DNA of 64,000 bases from Armatimonadota bacterium. Its GTDB lineage: Bacteria; Armatimonadota; SYMT01. Position numbers and translations under genes: made by a program. Under the pieces are notes generated by a model. It worked only from the letters and a program-made list of their open reading frames with translations. It was not told the origin of the DNA and did no database searches. Positions 19,244-27,728 of this stretch are shown in pieces. The DNA lies in contig JBKBRF010000012.1 in assembly GCA_046292385.1 (NCBI GenBank), positions 81,039 to 145,038 of the forward strand. The letters are read 5' to 3'. Position 1 is the stretch's first letter. Each line of letters opens with the position of its first letter.

Positions 19244-20080
19244 ATGGCGAACGAACTCCGCATCCCGCACACTACCGCCAAGACGGTCTACGCGCTCCTG
19301 CTCAACGCCACCGGCCAGGCGTGGAACGGCGCGGCGTTTGAGGCGCTGACCTCCGCCAACTGGGCGACCTACGCCATCGCGCTGACGGAGGTCGCCGGCA
19401 CCGGGATCTACCTGGGCAACATGCCGGCAGTGGCGGCGGGGGTCTACTCGGTCACGCTGTACGAGCGCCAGGGCGGCGCCCCGGCCACGAGCGACTACGT
19501 GATCGGCCTGGGCGCGGTCCAGTGGGACGGCGCCGCGGTGGTCCTGCCCGGCTCGGCGGCGGCGCTGGCCGCGGTGGATGACCTGGTCGATGACCTGGAG
19601 AGCCGTCTCACCGCGGGCCGCGCGGCCGCCCTGGATAACCTGGACGCGACCGTCTCCAGCCGGCTGGCCGCTGCGGCCTACACGGCTCCGGATGACACGG
19701 CCGTCCTGGCCGCGCTCGACGCCCTCCCCACCGCGGCGGAAATCGACGCGCAGCTCTCGGACAGCCACGGGGCCGGCCAGTGGGAGAGCGGCGCCGCCGT
19801 GGATCCGGACTTCTGCCGGGTCTCCGACACCGAAAAGACCGGGCTGGGTAAGCCGGTGGCCGGTCGCACCATCACGGTGGAGCTGGTCGACCCTGATCCG
19901 GATGCTGACGCCGCGATCTACGAGACGGAGCCGCATGAGACCGTCAGCGGAAGTGACGGCTACTGGTACTTCGATCTGATCCGAGGCAAGACGTACCGCG
20001 TCGTGATCGCGGAGGCCGGGATCGATCAGAACGTGCTCGTGCCGGCGGACGCCGCGGCCACCCTCCGGAGCCTGCTCTAA
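19244..20080 (+). CDS. Hypothetical virion structural protein
   Basis: Ala-rich ORF in the neck cluster; Ig/carboxypeptidase-regulatory-like C-terminus. Confidence 0.65.
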   Translation: MANELRIPHTTAKTVYALLLNATGQAWNGAAFEALTSANWATYAIALTEVAGTGIYLGNMPAVAAGVYSVTLYERQGGAPATSDYVIGLGAVQWDGAAVVLPGSAAALAAVDDLVDDLESRLTAGRAAALDNLDATVSSRLAAAAYTAPDDTAVLAALDALPTAAEIDAQLSDSHGAGQWESGAAVDPDFCRVSDTEKTGLGKPVAGRTITVELVDPDPDADAAIYETEPHETVSGSDGYWYFDLIRGKTYRVVIAEAGIDQNVLVPADAAATLRSLL

Positions 20081-20433
20081 TGCTCTCCGCGAAAGAGCTG
20101 GCGAGTATGCGGACGGCGGTGGCGCAGACGTTCGTGACGGCCGCGACCCTGCGCCGACGGACCAGCGTCAGCGATGGCCAGGGCGGCGAGAGCTACACCT
20201 ACGCCGACGCCGGCACGATCCGCGGGCGCCTGCAGCCCCGCAGCGCCAACGAGAAGCAGGAGGGCGGTCAGCTCGCCGGAGTGACCCTCTGGCGCTGGCT
20301 GTGCCCTCACGACACCGAGCTCCGCCTCACGGACCGGCTCCGGATCGACGGCGCCGATTACGAGGTGACCGGCACGAGCGCCGGAATGAGTGACGCGCTG
20401 GAGCTGCGCGCCGACCTGGTGAGGATCGACTGA
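20080..20433 (+). CDS. Head closure / head-tail adaptor (SPP1 gp16-like)
   Basis: DGQGG, TDRLRIDGADYEV; conserved position. Confidence 0.75.
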   Translation: MLSAKELASMRTAVAQTFVTAATLRRRTSVSDGQGGESYTYADAGTIRGRLQPRSANEKQEGGQLAGVTLWRWLCPHDTELRLTDRLRIDGADYEVTGTSAGMSDALELRADLVRID

Positions 20434-20642
20434 TGGTGAACTGCGAGCGGTGCCACGACGCTCCGGCCGAACGTGAGGTCTACTTCCAGGCCCGCAGCCG
20501 GCTGCGATTGCTCCTGTGCCAGCGGTGCATCCGGAGCGAGACGGCCCGCCTCGGCGGCAGCCGCTTCCCGCTGCCGCGCCTGGAACTCGGTCGCCGACTT
20601 CCCCCACCGGATCGGGCTCCCGAGGCGTACGGTGGCGAGTAA
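20433..20642 (+). CDS. Small CxxC...CxxC protein
   Basis: CERC and CQRC; TGATG overlap. Confidence 0.45.
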   Translation: MVNCERCHDAPAEREVYFQARSRLRLLLCQRCIRSETARLGGSRFPLPRLELGRRLPPPDRAPEAYGGE

Positions 20643-21129
20643 GCCCCGCATCCGCCTGGAAAGCCGGATCGGCCGCGTCACGAAGGAGACCCGCCGGAAA
20701 CTGGCAGCCGTGGTCTACAAAACGGCGAGCGACATCGAGGCGCATGCGAAGGTGGCGATCCAGACCGGGCCGAAGACCGGCCGGATCTATCGCGCGGAGC
20801 AGACCGTCAGCTTCAAGAGCGGAGACACCGACGTCAGCTTTACCGCCTACGCCGGCAAGAAGGGCCACCAGGCCTCCGCGCCGGGAGAAGCGCCCGCGAC
20901 CGACACCGGGAACCTGGCGGCGAGCATCACCACGAAGAAAACCGGGCTCCTTCGAGCGCAGGTGACGGTGGGAGCGGAATGCGGGGCGGCGCTGGAGTTC
21001 GGCACGGCGGACGGGAAGATCGCCCCCAGGCCCTTTCTTCAGCCGGCGGTAGACGCGGTCGAGCCTGCCTTTGAGCCGGCGATCCGCGCGGCACTGGTTC
21101 AGGCGGCGCGGGAGGCGGGCGATGGCTAA
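20632..21129 (+). CDS. HK97 gp10-family neck protein
   Basis: HQASAPGEAPATDTGNL, LEFGT, PRPFLQPA. Confidence 0.85.
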   Translation: MASKPRIRLESRIGRVTKETRRKLAAVVYKTASDIEAHAKVAIQTGPKTGRIYRAEQTVSFKSGDTDVSFTAYAGKKGHQASAPGEAPATDTGNLAASITTKKTGLLRAQVTVGAECGAALEFGTADGKIAPRPFLQPAVDAVEPAFEPAIRAALVQAAREAGDG

Positions 21130-21559
21130 CGAAGTGCAGGCCGCGGACCGGGCCCTCTACGAGGCGCTCACGGGAGACGCGGCGGTCTCCGGTCTGGTCG
21201 GCGCGCGAGTCTACGCCAGCGTGGCACCGCAGGGCGCCCAGGTGCCGTACATCCTCTTCCACCGGCAGGGCGGGCTCGACCGCGTGAACGTCGGCGCCGA
21301 CCGGGTGACGGTCTCGCGCCCGGTCTACCAGGTGCGGGCGGTGACGCAGAGCGATGGCTATGCCGCGGCGGATGAGATCGCGGACGTGCTCGACGCGGCG
21401 CTGATGGGGATGCAGCGGTCCGTCACGATCCGGGGCCAGCTCTACCGCGTGACGGCGACCTACCGGCAGGAGCCTGTGCGGCTGGCGGACGTGAGCAACG
21501 GAGTGCAGTGGCGGTCCGTGGGCGGGATCTACCGGGTGGTCGTGCAGCGATTGCCCTGA
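21122..21559 (+). CDS. Tail terminator (DUF3168-like)
   Basis: ALYEALTGDAAVSGLVGARVY...PYI; position before the tail tube. Confidence 0.75.
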   Translation: MANEVQAADRALYEALTGDAAVSGLVGARVYASVAPQGAQVPYILFHRQGGLDRVNVGADRVTVSRPVYQVRAVTQSDGYAAADEIADVLDAALMGMQRSVTIRGQLYRVTATYRQEPVRLADVSNGVQWRSVGGIYRVVVQRLP

Positions 21560-21574
21560 CGGAGGTGAGCGGAG

Positions 21575-22546
21575 ATGGAACGAGTTACCGCGCTGGAGCG
21601 CGTGCAGATCGGCGTGGAGGCCACGCCCGGAACCCTGGTAGATGCGGACCAGCGGCTCCACACGCTGATGATTACCCCGCAGGCGCGGGTCAACTCGCGG
21701 GCGCTGCCCGGACTGGGGAGCAAGAGCCCGGTCGTGCAGGTGGTAGGCCGCGAGCACACCGAGGCGAGCCTGGAAGGGCCGGCCTCGTATGACGAGCTGG
21801 CGTATCTCCTGGCGGCGCACCTCTGCGTGCCGAGCACCTCCGGGGACGCGCTGCTCTTCGAGCCGCAGAGCGAGAGCGAGGACACGATCAAGACGCTCAC
21901 CGTGGAGGTGGGCAACGAGGACATTGCCGAGGCGTTCGGCTACGGCTTCGTGCGCAGCCTCCAGTTCCGCGCCACGGGGGTCGAGGTGGCCGTCTCCGGC
22001 ACGATGATCGGCCAGGCGCTGGCGGTGGGACAGACGCTGACGGCCGCGCCGGACGACGTGCCGGCGGTGGTGATCACCGAGAAGGACTGGGTCGTCAAGA
22101 TCGATGACCTGGCGGGCGGCACGCCCGTCACCCTGGAGCGGGTCGACGAATTCGAGTGGTCCTCACAGGACAAGTGGCGGGAGCGCTTCTACGCCAACCA
22201 GGGTGCGAGCTGGGAGTTGCCCCTCGGCGGGCGCTGGAACCAGACGCTGCGGCTCTCGCTGCAGTATGACACCGAAGCCAACGCCCTGATGGCGGGGATG
22301 CGCAACGGCGAGACCTACCTGGTGGTGTTCGAGGCGGCGGGGCCAGCGATCGACGTGGATACCGACTACGCGCTCAACCTGAAGTTCGCGGCCCGCGTGA
22401 CCTCGATCGAGCGGCAGGAAGTGGACGAGGTGACGAACGCCCAGGCGGAGTTCGTCGTGGTGCATCACCCCGACTTTAACACCACGGGCGGGGCGATGAC
22501 GGCCCTGCTCACTTGCACCGTGACGGGACTGGCGCCGGCGCCGTAG
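21575..22546 (+). CDS. Major tail tube protein
   Basis: QIGVEATPGT, TLTVEVG; position; RBS GGAG. Confidence 0.75.
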   Translation: MERVTALERVQIGVEATPGTLVDADQRLHTLMITPQARVNSRALPGLGSKSPVVQVVGREHTEASLEGPASYDELAYLLAAHLCVPSTSGDALLFEPQSESEDTIKTLTVEVGNEDIAEAFGYGFVRSLQFRATGVEVAVSGTMIGQALAVGQTLTAAPDDVPAVVITEKDWVVKIDDLAGGTPVTLERVDEFEWSSQDKWRERFYANQGASWELPLGGRWNQTLRLSLQYDTEANALMAGMRNGETYLVVFEAAGPAIDVDTDYALNLKFAARVTSIERQEVDEVTNAQAEFVVVHHPDFNTTGGAMTALLTCTVTGLAPAP

Positions 22547-22563
22547 TCCGAATGAGGAGTAGC

Positions 22564-22600
22564 GGCCGGGGGCGGGGTAATCCCTGCTCCCGGCCTTTTC
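22564..22600 (+). terminator. Intrinsic terminator after the tail tube gene
   Basis: GGCCGGGGGCGGG-GTAAT-CCCTGCTCCCGGCC followed by TTTT. Confidence 0.6.
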
Positions 22601-22616
22601 TGTGCATGGAGGCGGG

Positions 22617-22952
22617 ATGTCGGAAGAACGGTTGAGCCTGGCGGCGCTGCAGGCCGCGGCGATTGAGGTGCCGGTCAAGATCGGCGGCGTGCGGTTCCGG
22701 GTGAGCTATCGGCCGGCGGTCTACACCCCGGCGTTCCTGGAGTCGCTGCTCACGGAGAAGACGCTGGACGAGGCGCTCTTGGAGCTGATCTCCGAGTGGA
22801 GTCTAGGGGACGGGCTGGGCGGGCCGCTGCCGGTCACGCGGGAAGCGCTGGAGAGCCTCGGCGTTGTCATCCAGCGGGAGATTATGACGGCGATCGATGG
22901 GGCCGCCTTCCCAAACCCGAAGAGGGCAGGAAGCTCCGCCAGTACCTCGTAA
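22617..22952 (+). CDS. Tail assembly chaperone (gpG-like)
   Basis: Between tail tube and tape measure; contains slippery C CCA AAC. Confidence 0.8.
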   Translation: MSEERLSLAALQAAAIEVPVKIGGVRFRVSYRPAVYTPAFLESLLTEKTLDEALLELISEWSLGDGLGGPLPVTREALESLGVVIQREIMTAIDGAAFPNPKRAGSSASTS

Positions 22953-23134
22953 GCGGGGGACGGCGGGGCGCCTGCCCGCGCTGGTATACGCTCATCCGTG
23001 CCGCGCGCTACCTGGGCGTAGCTCCGTGGGAACTGCTGCAGCAGCCGGCGGTGTGGCGCGAGCTGGCGATCGAGAGTGAGAGCGCCGAGGTGTGGGCGGA
23101 AGCGGAGCAGCGGAAGCGGCTAGCGGGACGCTAG
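22910..23134 (+). CDS. -1 frameshift extension of the tail assembly chaperone (gpGT-like)
   Basis: Heptamer CCCAAAC at 22910-22916 in X XXY YYZ phase; -1 frame open to 23134 (ARYLGVAPWEL). Confidence 0.8.
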   Translation, partial: PKPEEGRKLRQYLVSGGRRGACPRWYTLIRAARYLGVAPWELLQQPAVWRELAIESESAEVWAEAEQRKRLAGR

Positions 23135-23631
23135 CGCTCCTGGATGTCCAGGTCGATGAGTTGGAAATCGTAAGACCCTCGCCGCTTGAGCCGGCAGACG
23201 TAATTGTGCCGGAGCTTCGCCCCGAAGCTGTTCTGGGCGTCCACCTGACTTCTCACGAAGAACGTCACCCCATCGGACGACGTTACCTGCCCTTCCTCGT
23301 AGTCCGCGAAGCTGGCGGTGGCGGGAGCTTTGAGCTGGTCGCGCACGAACTCGCGTGACACGAAGAAGGCTTCGCGTCGGTGGTCCTCGGTCCTTTCCGC
23401 CTGGCGAGCCCACGGGCGGAGGTTCCAGAAGAGGAGCACCACGAGTGCCAGTAGCGGCCAATGCCACCACCGAGACGGCTGCTGCGTATCGGGCTGTCCG
23501 TCGGGCGGCGCAAGGGGCTGCGGCACCAGAGGCGGAGAGGCGGCAACGGCGCAGTAAGCGCAGAGCTTCTGATTGTCGTCAATGACGCGAGTGCATCCGC
23601 GTCCAGGGCAGGGGCGTAGCGAGACTCCCAT
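23131..23631 (-). CDS. Zinc-ribbon plus single-TM protein (moron)
   Basis: CPGRGC...CAYC, TM WWHWPLLALVVLLFW, LKAPATASF, VDAQNSFGA. Confidence 0.7.
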   Translation of the reverse strand: MGVSLRPCPGRGCTRVIDDNQKLCAYCAVAASPPLVPQPLAPPDGQPDTQQPSRWWHWPLLALVVLLFWNLRPWARQAERTEDHRREAFFVSREFVRDQLKAPATASFADYEEGQVTSSDGVTFFVRSQVDAQNSFGAKLRHNYVCRLKRRGSYDFQLIDLDIQER

Positions 23632-23696
23632 TGACCGTCCTCCGATCCCCCTAACGAGTCCTTGCTTGGTCCGGCACCTATTGAGGGTTTTCCTCC

Positions 23697-26675
23697 ATGT
23701 CCATCACCGTGCAGCGTCTTCGGGCCGAGATCGGCCTGGACGACCGCGACTACAACCAGCGGATGGAGCAGGCGGACCGTCGCTTCTCCGAGTTCGGGAA
23801 GTCGGCAGAGCGCCACTCCAGCCGCGCAGCGGAGGCGCTCAAGCGGACATTCTCCGGGGTGGACATGACGCGGCTCGGCGACCGAATGATGGTGGGCGTG
23901 ACGCTGCCACTCCTGGCGGGTGGGGCTGCGGCGCTGAAAGCCGCCTCCGCGGTGGAAGAGGCGGAGAACAAGATCGGGGTGGCCTTCGGCCGGAACGCCC
24001 GCCAGGTCTCCGCCTGGGCCGAGGGGATGGCCGACCGGATGGGTCAAAGCCGTCGATCGGCGCTTCAAGCTGCCGGCGGCTTTGGGATGCTGCTCAAGTC
24101 TCTGCCGCGCAAGGAAGCGGCAGAGATGTCGATGAAGCTCACGGAGCTGGCCTCAGACCTGGCGAGCATCCACGATATCGATCCGGCCGAGGCGCTGGAG
24201 AAGCTGCGGGCCGGCCTGGTCGGCGAAGCGGAACCGCTCCGGACGGTCGGCGTACTCCTGGATGAGAACCGGGTCAAGCAGAAGGCTCTCGAAATGGGGC
24301 TTGCCTCCAGCGGGAAGGAGCTGGACGGCAACGCCAAGATGATGGCCCGCTACGCAATCATCCTGGACGACACCCGGATGGCGCAGGGTGACTTTGGCAA
24401 TACTCAGGACTCCGCCGCGAACGCCAGTCGCCGCCTGAAGGCACAGCTTGAGGATCTTGCCGCATCCGCCGGAAAAGAGCTGCTTCCCGTTGCCAAGGAC
24501 GTGCTCTCGGTCGCCAACGACCTGGCGAAAACCTTCAACGAGTTGCCGGAGGGCATCCGCCGGACCGGGGTTCAGTTCGCGATCTTGGCAGCGATTGCCG
24601 GCCCGTTCATTCGCGGGGCTGCGGGCCTGAAAGGGCTGCTCGGCAAAGGTGGCGGGGCGGTGGCCACCGGCGCGGCTGCCGGCGCAGCGTCGGCTCTCGG
24701 TGCGGGCGGTGCGGGCGCCGTCATTCAAGGCGGCCGCACGGCGGCCACGGCGGCCACGGCGGCTGGACAAACGGTCCCGATGCAGATGCAGGTCGTCAAC
24801 GAAGTGACACCCTGGGTTCCGGTAGCGGCCGGCGCTGTTCTCGCCGGAGGCGGCACCGCTCTCGGAACCGCTCCTGCAGCAGCCGGCACGCGCGCTGCCC
24901 TCTCGGCCGGGTGGAGAGCCGGCGGAGCCCGGGGTCTCGCGGGGGCGGTAGGCGCAGGCGCGCGGAGTGCCGGCGCGTCCGCAGTAGGAGTGGCGGGCGC
25001 GTCAAGACTCCCCGTCCTCCTGGCTGCGCTAGCTGGCTGGGGCATCGGGGAATGGATCAACGACTCTGGTATCCCCGGCATTACGGAGGGAATTGGCTCG
25101 CTGGATCGGGACGCGGAAGCTCGGAACAAAGAGACCGCCGAAGCGATGCAGCGGGACCCGGCTCTCAATCGCATTCAGCGGCTCAAGCGGCTCCTCCGCA
25201 CCCTGCCGGAAGGCTCGGAGCGGGCGGCGGAAGTGCGTGCCCGGATCAACCGAATTCGCAGCAGCGGCGGGGAAGACGGCGTTAAGAACGACGAGCCCGA
25301 AGGGCCGAACCTGGAGCTCCGGGATGCCACTTTCGCCCGAGAGCTGGCCCGCGCCGGCCTCGCCTCGGCAGTCGATCCGAAGGACACTCAGGCCCGGCGC
25401 GAAGCCGATGCGCTCCTGCCAATCCTGAGGCAGCGTCTCCAGGAGCTAACGGGCCGCGCCGAGAAGTCGAGCGGCGTGGAGCTCGAGAAGCTCCGGACGG
25501 AAGGGTTCCGGCTGCAGGAGCAGCTCGTCACGCTGGAAGAGCGGGCCCGCCAGGAAGGCGAGGATGCGGCCCGGGAAGCGCAGGAGAAGCAGCGCCGCGC
25601 CCAGGAAGCCTCCCACGAGCTGGCCCGCGAGCGCGCCGGTATGGTGCTCGCCCTCGCCGCCGAAGACCAGCGCGCCCAGGCCGAAGCCGCCGCGATGCTG
25701 CCCGTCATCCGGCAGGAGCAGGCTCGCCTGATCGAGCAGGGCCGCGCGGCCGCGGAGGGAAGTCGGGAGCGGATCGAAGCGGAGCGCGAGATCACCCGCC
25801 TGGAGACGGAAGCGCTCACGCTGCAGCGCGCCGCCACGGAAGAGCGGCAGCGGAACGCGGAGCAACTCGTGCAGGAGCGGCTGGCAGTCGCTGCCGCGGA
25901 CGCCCAGGCGGAGCGCGCCCGGATTGATGCGGAGCTGGCCGGCGTGGAGCGCGAGCAACAGGCGCGCGCGGAAGCGGCCCGGCTGATCCCGCAGATCCGG
26001 CACGAGATCGAGACGGTGATCCGGCCACAGATAGAGGCAGCGAAGGAAGGCACGGCGGAGTATGCCCGCGCCTATCAGGCGCTGTGGAGCGCGCGCGCCG
26101 ACATCGCCCGCCTGGACCGCGCCGCCGCGGATGAGCAGCGGGACGCCGCCAGGAAGGCGATCGATGAGACCCGCCGCCAGGGCGAAGAGGTGCGAGAGCT
26201 CGCGGCGCTTCGCACGCGGCTGCTGGAAGCGCAACTGGCCGCGATCCCGGGGCTGAGCGATGACCAGCGGAAGCGAGCCCTGGTGCCGGCGATGCTGGAA
26301 CAGTTCCGCACGCAACTCACTGCCGTGGCCGGCGAGACTGAGAAGGACCGCCTCACGCGGCTGATCGAGGCGGCGCAGCTCCGCGGGAGCATCCTGCAGG
26401 CTGTGGCCGGTGACGGCGGGCGGGGCATCCGGCTCGCGGGCGGGGGTTACCTGGGTGGGATGAATGAGCGTGCGCTGCTGCAGGCGAACGCCTACCTCTC
26501 TCAGGTGGAGAGGCAGGCCACGCTGCCTTCTGGACGGGGCGCGCCGCCGCCAGTGGCGGTGCCGATCACCATCCAGGGCCGGCCGGACCTGCGGGACCCG
26601 CGCACCCGGGCGGAGATCCACGCCGCGGTAGATGACCGCCTGGATGAGTATGTGCGCCGGGGGTATGCGCGGTAG
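23697..26675 (+). CDS. Tape measure protein
   Basis: 992 aa, Ala-rich helical; LASDLAS, GLVGEAEPL; follows the chaperone. Confidence 0.9.
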   Translation: MSITVQRLRAEIGLDDRDYNQRMEQADRRFSEFGKSAERHSSRAAEALKRTFSGVDMTRLGDRMMVGVTLPLLAGGAAALKAASAVEEAENKIGVAFGRNARQVSAWAEGMADRMGQSRRSALQAAGGFGMLLKSLPRKEAAEMSMKLTELASDLASIHDIDPAEALEKLRAGLVGEAEPLRTVGVLLDENRVKQKALEMGLASSGKELDGNAKMMARYAIILDDTRMAQGDFGNTQDSAANASRRLKAQLEDLAASAGKELLPVAKDVLSVANDLAKTFNELPEGIRRTGVQFAILAAIAGPFIRGAAGLKGLLGKGGGAVATGAAAGAASALGAGGAGAVIQGGRTAATAATAAGQTVPMQMQVVNEVTPWVPVAAGAVLAGGGTALGTAPAAAGTRAALSAGWRAGGARGLAGAVGAGARSAGASAVGVAGASRLPVLLAALAGWGIGEWINDSGIPGITEGIGSLDRDAEARNKETAEAMQRDPALNRIQRLKRLLRTLPEGSERAAEVRARINRIRSSGGEDGVKNDEPEGPNLELRDATFARELARAGLASAVDPKDTQARREADALLPILRQRLQELTGRAEKSSGVELEKLRTEGFRLQEQLVTLEERARQEGEDAAREAQEKQRRAQEASHELARERAGMVLALAAEDQRAQAEAAAMLPVIRQEQARLIEQGRAAAEGSRERIEAEREITRLETEALTLQRAATEERQRNAEQLVQERLAVAAADAQAERARIDAELAGVEREQQARAEAARLIPQIRHEIETVIRPQIEAAKEGTAEYARAYQALWSARADIARLDRAAADEQRDAARKAIDETRRQGEEVRELAALRTRLLEAQLAAIPGLSDDQRKRALVPAMLEQFRTQLTAVAGETEKDRLTRLIEAAQLRGSILQAVAGDGGRGIRLAGGGYLGGMNERALLQANAYLSQVERQATLPSGRGAPPPVAVPITIQGRPDLRDPRTRAEIHAAVDDRLDEYVRRGYAR

Positions 26676-27728
26676 ATGGCGACCTATCTCAGCCTCCCCA
26701 GCGGCTCCGCCTGGACCTGGGCCACCTTCGTCCGCACGCGCTCCGGCGGACTGGTGACGGCGCAGGCGCATCCGGCTGCGAGCGGGAGCGGCAGCCGGCT
26801 CTCCGTCTCCGTGTGGACGGATGCCGACCCGCCCGAGGCGGGCGCGGAGGTGGAGATCGAGGCGAGCGGCGTGGGGCACGCCAACGATCTCCGCGTGTTC
26901 TCCCTGGGGGAGGCGCGGGACGGCACGCTGGAGCTGTTCTACCTCTACGGCCTGACGACGCTCTACCGGCGCGAGAGCCGGGACGGCGGGGCGACGTGGA
27001 GCAGCCGGGAAGCGGTGCCGGTGACGCTCACCACGCCGGGCCCGGAGTGGAATCCCTACTTCGACCTGGGGCTGGACAGCATCGGCCACAGCTATACGCG
27101 GGACGGGATGACCTGCCTCTCCATCCTGCAGGGGTTCACAAGCTTCGGCAACCGTCTCGGGGTCAACTCCTGGCATGCCGGCGAGCGAGACGCCAGCGGC
27201 ACCTACGCGTGGAGCCCCACGGTGTTTCCGCCGGCGCGGCCGGATCCGCTCGTTGCCACCGGAGTCTATACCGGTGCGCCGCTGCAGCTCCTCCGCACCG
27301 GGGACTTTTCCATTCGGGGGCGCCCTTTCCGAGCGACCCGCTGCAAGGCGGACGGCACGGCGACCTACGTGATCGACAGCGCCGTCACCACTGGGGAACC
27401 CGACTGGTGGACGGACGAGCGGACCGGAATGCGGCTGGTGGTCCGCGTGCAAGTGCAGAGCAGCACGCAGCACTGGCTGCAGTGGCGGACGCGCCGCCTC
27501 GATACCGCCGGCGCCCTCTGGGAGAACGTCGCCACGGCACAGGCGAACGCGAGCGCGCCGACTCCCGTCCCGCTCTCCACCGGGGCTCCCGTCCTGAACG
27601 TACAGCGCCGCGGCGATGGCGTGTGGGAAGTGCTCCACGCCGACAACAACCAGCGGCTCCGCTTCGCCCGCTGCCGTTCCCTTCCGATGGCTTCGACCGC
27701 CGCTAACACGACCTGGCAGGTAGACTGA
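26676..27728 (+). CDS. Putative tail tip protein
   Basis: Directly after tape measure; Asp-box-like SRDGGATW. Confidence 0.6.
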   Translation: MATYLSLPSGSAWTWATFVRTRSGGLVTAQAHPAASGSGSRLSVSVWTDADPPEAGAEVEIEASGVGHANDLRVFSLGEARDGTLELFYLYGLTTLYRRESRDGGATWSSREAVPVTLTTPGPEWNPYFDLGLDSIGHSYTRDGMTCLSILQGFTSFGNRLGVNSWHAGERDASGTYAWSPTVFPPARPDPLVATGVYTGAPLQLLRTGDFSIRGRPFRATRCKADGTATYVIDSAVTTGEPDWWTDERTGMRLVVRVQVQSSTQHWLQWRTRRLDTAGALWENVATAQANASAPTPVPLSTGAPVLNVQRRGDGVWEVLHADNNQRLRFARCRSLPMASTAANTTWQVD

